Shown here: positions 22,918-34,715 of the stretch, one piece after another
Layout: each line of letters opens with the position of its first letter
Position numbering within the stretch: the stretch's first letter is position 1
Assembly (NCBI GenBank): GCA_947628965.1
Contig: CANRBV010000004.1
Span: forward strand, 1-54,405
Direction: 5' to 3'
From: an uncultured Bacilli bacterium
Lineage (GTDB): Bacteria; Bacillota_I; Bacilli_A; RF39; UBA660
DNA length: 54,405 nucleotides
Notes under the pieces: model-generated
What the model saw: only the letters and a program-made list of their open reading frames with translations
What the model was told of the DNA's origin: nothing
The model's database searches: none
Position numbers and translations under genes: made by a program

Positions 22918-22992
22918 AAAGCCCTAGCGACTTTTTTTCTTACAAAACATGAAAAATAAGATATAATATACAAAAAGAAATGAGGTATTAAT

Positions 22993-24330
22993 ATGACATA
23001 TCAAGAAATGCAACAAATTTTATTAAAAATAAAAAAATACCACTTAACAAATTTATTTGCAAATAAAGATGCTTTATGTACTTGGCTTGGTAGTTTAAAC
23101 CCCAAACAAATTCAAAACTTTTTAAGTATTGATTTAGAAAAAATAAATTTAAATAAAACTAACTTTTTAATTGATTTAGATTTATTAAATACCGATTATT
23201 ATAAGCAAGGTGTGAAACTTATATTTAATGTCAAATCTGATAAAATAGCTGAATATTTATGCCGTGTTGCTACAGATTCTGATTCATTAGCAAGCAAACA
23301 TCATAGACAAGATATGAAATTAATAGCAAATACTAAATCAGATAAAATAGCGAAATGTTTAAGTCTTGTTGCCAAAAATCTAAAATCATTAGCCAGTGAA
23401 CATCATAGAGAAGATATGAAATTAATAGCTAACGCTAAATCAGATGAAGTAACTAAATATTTATGCTATGTTGCTACATATTCTAATTCATTAGCTAGTG
23501 AATATCATAGTGAAGATATGAAATTAATTGCAAACGCAAGAACAGGATATATAGCATATAATTTATATGAGGTTGCTATAAATGTACACTCGTTAGCAAG
23601 CAAACATCATAGAGAAGATATGAAATTAATAGCTAACGCTAAATCAGGTATTATTGCCGAATGTTTACGTTATGTTGTCACAAATTCAAGTGAACATTAT
23701 AGTGAAGATATGAATTTAATTGCTAACGTTAAAATAGCTGGAATAGCAGTATACTTAAGTATTGTTGCCATAGATCCAAATTCAATAGCAAACGAATATC
23801 ATAGTGAAGATATGAACTTAATTGCAAATGCAAAAACAGAGTATATAGCAGATTGTTTACATGAAGTTGCTATAAATGTATATTCATTATCAAGTGATTA
23901 TCACCAAGACGATATGCAATTAATTTCTAATGCGGTGTCTGATAAAATAGCAGCCTGTTTAAAGGATGTTGCTACATATTCTAATTCATTAGCAAGTGAA
24001 TATCATAATACTGATATGAACTTAATTGCTAATGCTAAAACAGCTCAAATAGCCGAATGCTTATGTATAGTTGCAAAAGATGCAAATTCATTAGCAAATG
24101 CATATCATAGGGAATGTATGGAACAAATTGCCAATGCTGAATCTTATGAAGAAGCAAGAAAATTGACAGAAGCTTTATGCCCATATATAAAGGAGAATTC
24201 TAATTTAGCTTCTACTTTAGAATTAAGTCTAGATCAAACAATTCTTCTTTCTCTTACAAAGTTAGAAGAAATAGAATGTATAGATCAAGAAATAGAAACG
24301 AATGAAATCGAAAGAATTTTAAAAATTTAG
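22993..24330 (+). CDS. Tandem-repeat protein (34-aa helical units)
   Basis: About 10 copies of SLASxxHxEDMxLIANAKxxxIAxxLxxVAxxxx. Confidence 0.88.
   Translation: MTYQEMQQILLKIKKYHLTNLFANKDALCTWLGSLNPKQIQNFLSIDLEKINLNKTNFLIDLDLLNTDYYKQGVKLIFNVKSDKIAEYLCRVATDSDSLASKHHRQDMKLIANTKSDKIAKCLSLVAKNLKSLASEHHREDMKLIANAKSDEVTKYLCYVATYSNSLASEYHSEDMKLIANARTGYIAYNLYEVAINVHSLASKHHREDMKLIANAKSGIIAECLRYVVTNSSEHYSEDMNLIANVKIAGIAVYLSIVAIDPNSIANEYHSEDMNLIANAKTEYIADCLHEVAINVYSLSSDYHQDDMQLISNAVSDKIAACLKDVATYSNSLASEYHNTDMNLIANAKTAQIAECLCIVAKDANSLANAYHRECMEQIANAESYEEARKLTEALCPYIKENSNLASTLELSLDQTILLSLTKLEEIECIDQEIETNEIERILKI
23182..24189 (+). repeat. 102-bp coding tandem repeat
   Basis: Unit starts at 23284, 23386, 23488, 23590, then 23782 (two units with a 12-bp deletion), 23884, 23986, 24088. 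Confidence 0.92.
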
Positions 24331-24372
24331 CCTTTTATGGCTTTTTCTTTTTTTACAAAAAATTTTAAAAAA

Positions 24373-24446
24373 TTAGCACTCATATATTGACAAGTGCTAA
24401 ACATAATATTATAATGAGATTAGCAATTGGGTAATACCAGTGCTAA
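24373..24446 (+). promoter_or_regulatory. Tandem CIRCE operators around a consensus sigmaA promoter
   Basis: TTAGCACTC-N10-AAGTGCTAA at 24373-24400 overlapping TTGACA 24387; TATAAT 24410 (17-bp spacer); TTAGCAATT-N9-CAGTGCTAA at 24420-24446. Confidence 0.92.
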
Positions 24447-24460
24447 AAGAAGGTGAAAAA

Positions 24461-25483
24461 ATGGACGAAAGACAAAATAGGTTATTAAAGGCTATTGTGG
24501 AATCGTACATTAAAACAGTAAAACCAATTGGTTCTAAATCCTTATGTAAAAAGTTTAATTGTTCAAGTGCAACGATTCGGAATGAAATGGCTGTACTAGA
24601 AAATTTAGGACTTATTGAGAAAAACCATATTTCATCGGGAAGGATACCAAGTGAAGCTGGGTATAAATATTATGTAGAACACTTAATGAAACCTAAAGAA
24701 CTTACTGGAGAAGATGTTTTAAAATTGCAAACCATTTTTAAAAATAATGAACTTGAATTAAGTGATACAATTAATAAAACTGTGGAGATCATAAGTGAGC
24801 TTACACATTATACCAGTATTGTACTTGGAAAAAGCAGCAATGAAAATACTTTAAAGCAAGTCAATATTATTCCTATAAGTGATCATAAAATTGTTGCGGT
24901 TGTCTGTACCGATAAAGGAATTGTAGAAAATAAACAATTTATGTTAGATAATGAAGCAGAAATTAATGAAATAGTAAAAACTTGTGACATTGTCAATAAA
25001 ATGTTAGTAGGTACGCCGATTAATGATGTTGCAAGAAGACTTGAATTTGAAATTAAACCGATTATAAGTCGACAAATTAAGCAGTACGAAGCAGTATATA
25101 ATATATTTGCTGATGCATTTAATGATTTTATTAATAAACGAGGGAATGTTCATTTTGGTGGCAAGACAATGATTTTTGATGAACCAGAATACAACGATGC
25201 GAACGAAATAAAACGTTTAGCTAGTAAATTTGAAAATCAAGATTTCATTAAGAAAATAGAAGAAGAAGATAGCAGTGGTGATATTAAAGTCTATATTGGC
25301 GAAGAGAATGAATTTGATCCCAATGTAACGATTATTAAAAGTACTTACAAGTTAAATGGAGAAGAAGGAACCATTGCAATTGTTGGTCCAAAAAGAATGG
25401 AATATGATCGAGTTGTGGGGCTTTTAAGTTATTTACAAAAAGCCTTAAATGATGTAGATAAGAAAGGTGACGAAAATGAATAA
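24461..25483 (+). CDS. hrcA: Heat-inducible transcription repressor HrcA
   Basis: RQ..LLKAIVESYI, PIGSK, SSATIRNEM, SSGRIPS, VGPKRMEY; ATG24461 follows AGGTG SD. Confidence 0.97.
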   Translation: MDERQNRLLKAIVESYIKTVKPIGSKSLCKKFNCSSATIRNEMAVLENLGLIEKNHISSGRIPSEAGYKYYVEHLMKPKELTGEDVLKLQTIFKNNELELSDTINKTVEIISELTHYTSIVLGKSSNENTLKQVNIIPISDHKIVAVVCTDKGIVENKQFMLDNEAEINEIVKTCDIVNKMLVGTPINDVARRLEFEIKPIISRQIKQYEAVYNIFADAFNDFINKRGNVHFGGKTMIFDEPEYNDANEIKRLASKFENQDFIKKIEEEDSSGDIKVYIGEENEFDPNVTIIKSTYKLNGEEGTIAIVGPKRMEYDRVVGLLSYLQKALNDVDKKGDENE

Positions 25484-26015
25484 AGATGAAAAAGTACAGC
25501 CTGAAGAAATGGTAAAGAATGAGACTAAAAAGGAAGAAAAGGGGAAAAAGAATAAAAGTAATAAAGAAATAGAAAGGTTAAAAAATGAAAATTTGGCTCT
25601 GAATGAAAAAATCTTACGTATTAGTGCAGATGCTCAAAACATGAAAAAAAGACTTGAAGAAGAAATTTCAAGATTACAAAAATATGAAGGATTAGAACTT
25701 GCAAAAGAATTGCTTCCTACAATTGATAATTTTGAAAGAGCCATTTTGTTAGATGATACAAATCTTAATGATGAGTTATCAAAATTCTTAAGTGGTTTTA
25801 AAATGATTTATGCAAATTTAGTAAATTTGTTAAATCAAAAAGAAATCAAAGAAATTGAATGTTTAGGTAAAGAATTTGATCCAACTGTTATGGATGCGGT
25901 ATTAACATCCAAAGAAGAGGGAATACCTAAAAATCAAGTAATTGAGGTCCTACAAAAAGGATATATGTATAAAGATAAATTACTTAGACCTGCCATGGTC
26001 AAAGTAAGTGAATAA
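25476..26015 (+). CDS. grpE: Nucleotide exchange factor GrpE
   Basis: ADAQN.KKR, FDP..MDAV, QKGYMYKDKLLRPAMVKV; start ATG25476 or GTG25467. Confidence 0.96.
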   Translation: MNKDEKVQPEEMVKNETKKEEKGKKNKSNKEIERLKNENLALNEKILRISADAQNMKKRLEEEISRLQKYEGLELAKELLPTIDNFERAILLDDTNLNDELSKFLSGFKMIYANLVNLLNQKEIKEIECLGKEFDPTVMDAVLTSKEEGIPKNQVIEVLQKGYMYKDKLLRPAMVKVSE

Positions 26016-26034
26016 GAAAAGGAAAGGTGAATAA

Positions 26035-27855
<1,821 letters not shown>

Positions 27856-27857
27856 TT

Positions 27858-27887
27858 GGGTAAGTTCTAGTTTTCTAGAACTTATCT
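27858..27887 (+). terminator. Stem-loop after dnaK (partial terminator or mRNA stabiliser)
   Basis: taagttctag-tttt-ctagaactta perfect 10-bp stem; no strong U tail. Confidence 0.6.
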
Positions 27888-27906
27888 TCATGGAAAGGAA
27901 ATACGC

Positions 27907-29700
27907 ATGTCTAAACCTAGAAAAGATTTTAGTGATCAATTAAAATGGAATGTTAAAGATTTATATTCCTCTGATGAAGAATTTTTAAAAGAATCTAATA
28001 ATCTAGAAAAAGATTTAGAAAAATATTTAGATTTTAAAGGACATATATTAGATACTAGTACTACTTTATATGAATTTTTAAAATTTAATACTTCTTTGGA
28101 TAAAAGATTGGAAAAAATATTTATTTACGCTCATATTCAAAATGATCAAGATACAACAAACACATACTATCAATCTATGTATGGGAGTGTTGCAAAATTG
28201 CATGAAAAATATGTAGCAGCAACATCTTTTATTGTTCCAGAAATTCTAAAAAAGGAATATAAAGTCATTGAAAATTATATTTTAGAAAATCCTAAATTAA
28301 AAGAGTATGAACGTACTTTAAAAGAAACATTTAAATTTAAAAAGTATACTTTAAGTGATGCAGAAGAAAAAATAATATCAAATTTTGTTGGTCCTTTTAG
28401 AACTCCAGATGAAGTTTATTCTGTTTTAACTGATGCCGATATGAAGTTTGGTAAAATCAAAAATGAAAAAGGAATATATGAAGAATTAACAGAAAAGAAT
28501 TATCATGAATTTATGGAAAGTTCCAAAAGAAATGTTCGAAAACAAGCTTTTACGAAACTTTTAGAGACATATGGTCATTTTAAAAATACCTATGCAACTT
28601 TATTAATGAGTGAGGTAAAGAATAACAATAAAATGGCTAGCGTTAGAGGCTATAAAAGTGCTTTAAATGCTTCCTTATATCCTGATGAGATTCCAGAAGA
28701 AATCTATACCAATTTAATTCAAACTGTCAAACAAAATATAAAACCTTTATCTAAGTTTTGGAAACTTAAAAAAGAGGCATTAGGAGTAAAGACTCTTCAT
28801 ATATATGATACTTATGCTCCTATAACGAAAGAAATAAAACATAAGTATACAAAATCGGATGCTGAGAATTTATTAATGGATGCTCTTTCAGTTTTAGGCA
28901 GTACTTATATAACAGATTTAAAGAAAGCCTTTCATGAAGGATGGATCGATTTTCCCCCTAATGATGGCAAAAGAAATGGGGCTTATTGTACTGCTTGTTA
29001 TAGTGTTCATCCTTATGTATTATTAAGTTTCGATGGCTCATTTAATAGTGTTTCTACGCTAGCTCATGAGCTTGGGCATGCAATGCATTACTATTATGCT
29101 TGTAAAAATCAATCTTTTCAAGACTATGCGTATTCTATTTTTGTTGCTGAAGTAGCAAGCCAAGTGAATCAAATCTTATTAAGTAAATATTTAATTTCCA
29201 AAACCAAGGATGTTGAAGAAAAGAAATATTTAATTGATGATTTAATTCAAGATTTTAAATCGACGATTTATCGTCAAACCATGTTTGCAGAATTTGAAAA
29301 ATTAATTCATGAAAAGGATAGCGAAGGAATAATTCTTACTCATGAAGAGTTATGTAGTCTTTATTACAAATTAAACAAAGAATATTATGGTAAAAATATT
29401 ACAATTGATGATGACATAAAATATGAGTGGGAAAGAATTCCGCATTTCTATATGAACTTTTATGTTTATCAATATGCAACTGCCTATGCAGCAGCGATTA
29501 AAATTGCTATGGATATTTTAAATCATAAAGAAAATGCCCAAGAAAATTATCTAAAATTTTTAAGTCTTGGTTGTACAAAAAATCCAATTGAATCTTTAAA
29601 AGTCGCTGGTGTTGATATGTCTAAAAAAGAACCAATTGAAGAGGCATTTCACTATTTTTCTGAGTTAGTAAATGACCTGGAATCGTTATATAAAAATTAG
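27907..29700 (+). CDS. pepF: Oligoendopeptidase F (M3B)
   Basis: [25 protein letters not shown] (HExxH), FVAEVAS, IPHFY..FYVYQYA. Confidence 0.96.
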   Translation: MSKPRKDFSDQLKWNVKDLYSSDEEFLKESNNLEKDLEKYLDFKGHILDTSTTLYEFLKFNTSLDKRLEKIFIYAHIQNDQDTTNTYYQSMYGSVAKLHEKYVAATSFIVPEILKKEYKVIENYILENPKLKEYERTLKETFKFKKYTLSDAEEKIISNFVGPFRTPDEVYSVLTDADMKFGKIKNEKGIYEELTEKNYHEFMESSKRNVRKQAFTKLLETYGHFKNTYATLLMSEVKNNNKMASVRGYKSALNASLYPDEIPEEIYTNLIQTVKQNIKPLSKFWKLKKEALGVKTLHIYDTYAPITKEIKHKYTKSDAENLLMDALSVLGSTYITDLKKAFHEGWIDFPPNDGKRNGAYCTACYSVHPYVLLSFDGSFNSVSTLAHELGHAMHYYYACKNQSFQDYAYSIFVAEVASQVNQILLSKYLISKTKDVEEKKYLIDDLIQDFKSTIYRQTMFAEFEKLIHEKDSEGIILTHEELCSLYYKLNKEYYGKNITIDDDIKYEWERIPHFYMNFYVYQYATAYAAAIKIAMDILNHKENAQENYLKFLSLGCTKNPIESLKVAGVDMSKKEPIEEAFHYFSELVNDLESLYKN

Positions 29701-29711
29701 AGGTGAAGATT

Positions 29712-30845
29712 ATGAATAAAAAAGATTATTATGAGGTTTTGGGCGTAAGTAAAGATGCCTCCGATGAAGAAATAAAAAGAGCCTTTCGTCGTCTTGCTAA
29801 ACAATACCATCCAGATGTTAATAAAAGCCCTGATGCCGAAGCAAAATTTAAAGAAATAGGAGAAGCCTATGCTATTCTTTCTGATCCAGAAAAACGTCGT
29901 CAATATGACCAATATGGCCATGCTGCCTTTGAAAATGGCGGGGCAGGATTTAGTGGCTTTGATATCAATGATATTGATTTGAGTTCCATATTTGAAGATT
30001 TATTTGGTTCTTCCTTTGGTGGAGGTTTTGGCTCTAATTTTGGATTTAACTTTGGTGGAGAAAATAGAAGAAATTCTCCTGTGAAAGGAAAAGATCGCTT
30101 AGTTACTTTAAATTTAACTTTTGAAGAAGCTGTTTTTGGATGTAAAAAAAGTATTCATTTGGATTTAAACGAATCTTGCGAAAATTGTCATGGCAAAGGT
30201 GGATTTAATGAAAAGAAATGTTCAAAATGTAATGGTCGTGGAGTCGTTGTAATGGAACAAAAATCAATGTTTGGTATTTTCCAAACCCAAACGACATGTC
30301 CTGATTGTGGCGGAAGTGGCGTTACTTTTGAACGTATTTGCTCAGAGTGTCATGGTACTGGATATCTAAAACAGAATAAAGAAATTGTTGTAAGTGTACC
30401 AGAGGGTGTTGATACTGGATATCAATTGCGTATTACAGGAAAAGGAGAAGCTGGAAAAAATGGTGGACCTAATGGTGATATTTATATTGAATTTAATGTA
30501 AAAAAACATGATTTCTTTGAAAGACATGAGGAAGATATTTATTTGGAAGTGCCTATAACAATTGTTGAAGCTGCACTTGGTTGTAAAAAAGAAATTCCAA
30601 CATTAGAAAATTCAGTTATGTTAGAAATTAAACCTGGAGCCTCTACAGGAGACAAATTACGCTTAAAAGGAAAAGGAATTAAAATACCAAACTCTTTACG
30701 TAAAGGAGATTTATATGTTATTTTAAATGTGGTTACCCCAACAAAATTAAATCGTAAACAAAAAAGTTTGTTAGAAGAACTTCGTGATACAGGATTAGAA
30801 GATGAAACGATTTTTAAAAATTTTCAAAAAAATTTAAAAAAATAA
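29712..30845 (+). CDS. dnaJ: Chaperone DnaJ
   Basis: [13 protein letters not shown] region, four CxxCxGxG zinc motifs; start after GAGGTG. Confidence 0.98.
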   Translation: MNKKDYYEVLGVSKDASDEEIKRAFRRLAKQYHPDVNKSPDAEAKFKEIGEAYAILSDPEKRRQYDQYGHAAFENGGAGFSGFDINDIDLSSIFEDLFGSSFGGGFGSNFGFNFGGENRRNSPVKGKDRLVTLNLTFEEAVFGCKKSIHLDLNESCENCHGKGGFNEKKCSKCNGRGVVVMEQKSMFGIFQTQTTCPDCGGSGVTFERICSECHGTGYLKQNKEIVVSVPEGVDTGYQLRITGKGEAGKNGGPNGDIYIEFNVKKHDFFERHEEDIYLEVPITIVEAALGCKKEIPTLENSVMLEIKPGASTGDKLRLKGKGIKIPNSLRKGDLYVILNVVTPTKLNRKQKSLLEELRDTGLEDETIFKNFQKNLKK

Positions 30846-30876
30846 AAAAATATACTAATTTTTTAAAATTTAGCTC

Positions 30877-30913
30877 AAAAAAGACAAATTTGTTCTAATA
30901 ATTTGTCTTTTTC
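30877..30913. terminator. Intrinsic terminator after dnaJ (same hairpin at 40333-40369)
   Basis: aaaaaagacaaatt-loop-aatttgtcttttt. Confidence 0.85.
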
Positions 30914-31042
30914 TATGGAAATTTTGGTTAAAACTTTATTAAATATATATTTGCTTTTCTATTTTTTCTTTGCTATATTGACCATACGAGTATTAAATTA
31001 TGGTGTTTGCCACCAATTTTTAAAAGAAACGAGGTGGCCACG

Positions 31043-31126
31043 ATGACAAAAAAAGATTTTTTAATTGCAGCATTGATCGTGATAATTATTTTATTAATCG
31101 TATTCTTGATAATTAACGTTTGTTAA
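31043..31126 (+). CDS. 27-aa hydrophobic peptide MTKKDFLIAALIVIIILLIVFLIINVC, candidate type I toxin (copy 1)
   Basis: TTGCTT(30951)-17-TATATT(30974) promoter; GAGGTG SD paired with upstream GCCACC; single-TM peptide. Confidence 0.7.
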   Translation: MTKKDFLIAALIVIIILLIVFLIINVC

Positions 31127-31150
31127 ATTAGTGGTTTTGGTTGATAAGGT

Positions 31151-31222
31151 AAAAAAAACACCATTTCCAATAAGGAATGATGTTTGCAAAAAACAGGCAA
31201 GCACTAAATTTAGTACTCGCAT
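31151..31222 (-). ncRNA. Candidate antisense antitoxin sRNA (copy 1)
   Basis: Minus-strand TTGCAT(31257-31252)-17-TATAAT(31234-31229); ends in a hairpin plus U-run (plus-strand A8 at 31151-31158); ends are approximate. Confidence 0.55.
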
Positions 31223-31320
31223 AATTAAATTATACTATAAAATATAAATAAATGCAAATTGAATTGAAAGTAAAGGAAAAAAAGAGTAAAATTTAAATTA
31301 AGATATGGAGGAAATAAAAT

Positions 31321-31389
31321 ATGAATTATTTTAAAGAGAACCTCCCAACCAAGACAAATAGAGGTTTCGAGGGAAAAGTAGACTTTTAA
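31321..31389 (+). CDS. 22-aa orphan leader ORF MNYFKENLPTKTNRGFEGKVDF
   Basis: GGAGG SD; TTGAAA(31264)-17-TAAAAT promoter; same 5' coding sequence as 38192 and 40774 but without poly-G. Confidence 0.5.
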   Translation: MNYFKENLPTKTNRGFEGKVDF

Positions 31390-31438
31390 TCCGACTACCT
31401 AAAATGGTTAAAAAATTTAATAAAAGGAATTTAGTGTT

Positions 31439-31881
31439 ATGAAGAAATTTTTAATTTTAATTTTAGGGTTTGCATTATTACTATTTATAAGTACTAGGAT
31501 AGAAAAAAACTTAATTAATCAAAAAAAGAAGAAGAAGCTAAATATGCAGCTTTTAATATTGAATCCCTTAAAAATACTGGAACGAAACTGCATATTTGTT
31601 CTATTGCTGATAATTTAAAAGATTGTCCTAAAGAATATTTGATTAAAAGTATTGATTCTATTGAGACTATCCATTCTTTTTTTGATTTGGTTTTAGCTGG
31701 TGAACGTTATAGTGGTACTGTAGCAGGCGTAGGTCCTAGTTATAAAATTGTTATGTTTGATTCTAATGATCAAATAAGCGCGGTAGCCTATTTTTATCCA
31801 GGATTAGATTTTTATGTAAATGGTAAATCTTATTGTTTTATAAAAGTTGATAGAGAGGCAATATTAGATTTAATTAGTTAG
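31439..31881 (+). pseudogene. Secreted/membrane protein split by a one-base frameshift at an A7 run (147 aa if joined)
   Basis: MKKFLILILGFALLLF signal-like start in one frame; body continues in the -1 frame from 31528 into ORF 31639-31881. Confidence 0.6.
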
Positions 31882-32015
31882 CTTGTGTATTTTAAAAATT
31901 AAATTAAACTTATAGACAAATAGGTAAGGAATTACTTATTTGTTTTTTTAAATTTTTAAATTCTTTTAGCGATTTAAGAAAAATGTGATAAAATGATAAA
32001 AGAAGGTGTAAAAAA

Positions 32016-32666
32016 GTGGCAAAACAAGTAGTGAATCTTTTAAAATATGAACAAGAATTATATAAAAAGAATATTACATTAATAGCAGGCGTAGATGAAG
32101 TTGGCCGTGGACCACTTGTAGGTCCAGTAGTTGCTGCTGCTGTTATCCTTCCTAAAAATTATAAATGTGAAGGCCTTACCGATTCTAAACAATTGAGTGA
32201 GAAAAAAAGAGAAAAGTATTACGAAATAATAAAAAGAGATGCGCTTGCTATTGGAGTAGGAGAAATCTCTGCCAAAAAAATAGATGAAGTAAATATTTAT
32301 GAAGCCAGTAAACTTGCAATGTATGAAGCCTTAAAGCATTTAAAAATACAACCCGAGCACGTTTTAATTGATGCGATGAAATTAGATTTAGATGTTCCAT
32401 CAACCAGTATTATTCATGGAGATGCCCTATCTTTATCTATCGCTGCTGCAAGTGTTATAGCTAAAGTTTCCAGAGATCGAATGATGATGGAATTACACGT
32501 TAAACATCCTGAATATCATTTTGATAAACACAAAGGTTATCCAACCAAATTACACTTAGAATGTTTAAAAAAATATGGTCCACTTGAAAATTACCGATTT
32601 ACATATAAGCCAGTTCGTGATTTAATTAAGAAAGGTGAAGAAGAAAATGAAGAAGTATTTCAATAA
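32016..32666 (+). CDS. rnhB: Ribonuclease HII
   Basis: AGVDEVGRGPLVGPV, DSKQL, IDA, HGD..S.SIAAAS..AKV.RD, KGYPT. Confidence 0.97.
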   Translation: MAKQVVNLLKYEQELYKKNITLIAGVDEVGRGPLVGPVVAAAVILPKNYKCEGLTDSKQLSEKKREKYYEIIKRDALAIGVGEISAKKIDEVNIYEASKLAMYEALKHLKIQPEHVLIDAMKLDLDVPSTSIIHGDALSLSIAAASVIAKVSRDRMMMELHVKHPEYHFDKHKGYPTKLHLECLKKYGPLENYRFTYKPVRDLIKKGEEENEEVFQ

Positions 32667-34704
32667 TATTGTTGTTAAAAATTACATTTCTTTTTTAGTT
32701 CCTTTATTTATAATAGAGGTTTTATTTCGTATTTTAGAGGGAATGCCGATATTTGATTGGGCAGTCTTAAGAATCTTTATCAGTTCTAATATTCTTTCCT
32801 TATTTGTAAGTATTCTAACGAGTTTTATGAAAGAAAAAATAGGAAATATCTTTAGTGGGATTGTTTTGTTTATAATAGCCATTTATACCACTTTACAAGC
32901 AGGGTTCCAAAATTTTTTAGGGGTCTATATCTCACTCGGAACTAGTAGTCAACTAGGTGCGGTTAAAGAGTATATTGGAGATTATTTTTCTTCTTTTAAT
33001 CCTCTTTTTTGGACGATTTTCATTCCTTTTGTTCTTTATCTTATTTATAAAATATTTATTGAAAATAAAATATTTCGAATTGAAAAAAATAAATTTCAAA
33101 AAAGAATAAATAGGAAAATAGCAGGTATTTTTACTGTAGTTCTTTTTTTGCTTGCTGGAATTTATAATATAACTTTATTTGCTTCCTTTATGCAAAATGA
33201 TTTACAATTAGAAAGTACCAAATATTTGTTTAAAAAGCCAGACAATCCCAATATTAGTGTTAATCAATTTGGAACAAGTGTTTTTGGTCTTTTAGATGTA
33301 AAAACAACTCTTTTTAAAAATACTGAAGAAGAACTTATTTTATTTGATGATCAAATTAAAGATCAAGAAATTACGGATAATTCTCGTATAATAGATGATA
33401 CTGCTTGGAAAAATCTTGCAGATAATACAACAAATAGTACTTATAAAACTTTGAATAGCTATTTTATGAATAGAACAATTACGGATAAGAATGAATATAC
33501 AGGAATGTTTGAAGGTAAAAATGTTATTATTATCATGATGGAAAGTGTTGGCAATATGATTGTAAATAGAGAGTACTATCCAACATTTTATAAATTGTAT
33601 AGTGAAGGCTTTAGTTTTTCCAATAATTATTCTCCAAGAAATTCTTGTGCAACAGGAAATAATGAAATGAGTGGAATGATAAGTTTATTTAGTATTTATA
33701 GAACTTGTACAGCAAATAAATATCAACATAATAAATATGATGAAAGCATTTTTGGCTTGTTTAATAATGCTGGATATACAACGAGTTCTTTCCATGATTA
33801 CACAGAAGCTTATTACTATCGTTCTACAATTCATAAAAATATGGGAAGTGGTGCTTACTATGGGGTACAAGATTTAAAAATTCCTTATAACTGGGTATAT
33901 GAAGAGTGGCCAAGTGATGTACTTTTAATGGAAAGAGCTATGGAACATATTGATACAACAAAACCTTTTATGGCATGGATGACAACCGTTACATCTCATC
34001 AACCTTATTATGTCTCAAGTGAATTTGGAGATAAATATTTAAGTATGTTTAAAGATACCAATTATTCGATGGGAACAAAGCGTTATCTTTCTAAATTAGT
34101 AGAATTTGATCATGCTTTAGCAAGACTTTTGGAACTATTAGAAGAAAAGGGTATTTTAGATGACACTGTTTTGGTATTATTTGGAGATCATTATCCATAT
34201 GGACTACATGATAGTGATGTTGTAAGTGTCTTGCCAGATGCTTTGGAAAGAAATAATATTGAAAAAACCCCATTTGTTATATATAATAGTGGAATGGAAG
34301 GCAAGAATTTTAAAGAATATACATCCTATATAAACATTGTACCAACAATTGCTAACCTATTTAATTTAAATTATGATCCTAGATTATATATTGGAGAAGA
34401 TATTTTAAATCCAGAATATGCAACATCTTATAAAAATAGAGTAATATTTGCAGATGGCTCTTGGGAAACAAGTATAGGTTCTTATAATGCTACTACTGGA
34501 AAAATGACTTATTTCGGCGATGAACAATATACGAACGATGAAATTATTGCATACAATAAAGAAATTAATAATATGATAAAAATGAGTAATTTAGCAATTA
34601 CATCAAATTACTTTGAATATTTAAGTGATGGACTAAAAAAATACTATTTGGATACATTAAATCCAACTACAAATGAGGAAGAAAATACAAGTACAGAACA
34701 ATAG
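32647..34704 (+). CDS. LTA synthase family (LtaS-like) membrane sulfatase
   Basis: Five N-terminal TM helices, IIMMES, ATGNNE, FHDY, FGDHYPY. Confidence 0.88.
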   Translation: MKKYFNNIVVKNYISFLVPLFIIEVLFRILEGMPIFDWAVLRIFISSNILSLFVSILTSFMKEKIGNIFSGIVLFIIAIYTTLQAGFQNFLGVYISLGTSSQLGAVKEYIGDYFSSFNPLFWTIFIPFVLYLIYKIFIENKIFRIEKNKFQKRINRKIAGIFTVVLFLLAGIYNITLFASFMQNDLQLESTKYLFKKPDNPNISVNQFGTSVFGLLDVKTTLFKNTEEELILFDDQIKDQEITDNSRIIDDTAWKNLADNTTNSTYKTLNSYFMNRTITDKNEYTGMFEGKNVIIIMMESVGNMIVNREYYPTFYKLYSEGFSFSNNYSPRNSCATGNNEMSGMISLFSIYRTCTANKYQHNKYDESIFGLFNNAGYTTSSFHDYTEAYYYRSTIHKNMGSGAYYGVQDLKIPYNWVYEEWPSDVLLMERAMEHIDTTKPFMAWMTTVTSHQPYYVSSEFGDKYLSMFKDTNYSMGTKRYLSKLVEFDHALARLLELLEEKGILDDTVLVLFGDHYPYGLHDSDVVSVLPDALERNNIEKTPFVIYNSGMEGKNFKEYTSYINIVPTIANLFNLNYDPRLYIGEDILNPEYATSYKNRVIFADGSWETSIGSYNATTGKMTYFGDEQYTNDEIIAYNKEINNMIKMSNLAITSNYFEYLSDGLKKYYLDTLNPTTNEEENTSTEQ

Positions 34705-34715
34705 AAAGGAAAAAT

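Larger units (their letters stand above)
30857..31365 (+). repeat. Copy 1 of the ~510-bp duplicated cassette
   Basis: Near-identical to 40313-40820 (offset 9456 over most of its length). Confidence 0.97.

Noticed and set aside
30857-31365. Insertion sequence or MITE identity for the duplicated cassette
   Set aside because: No transposase, terminal inverted repeats or target-site duplication could be identified.
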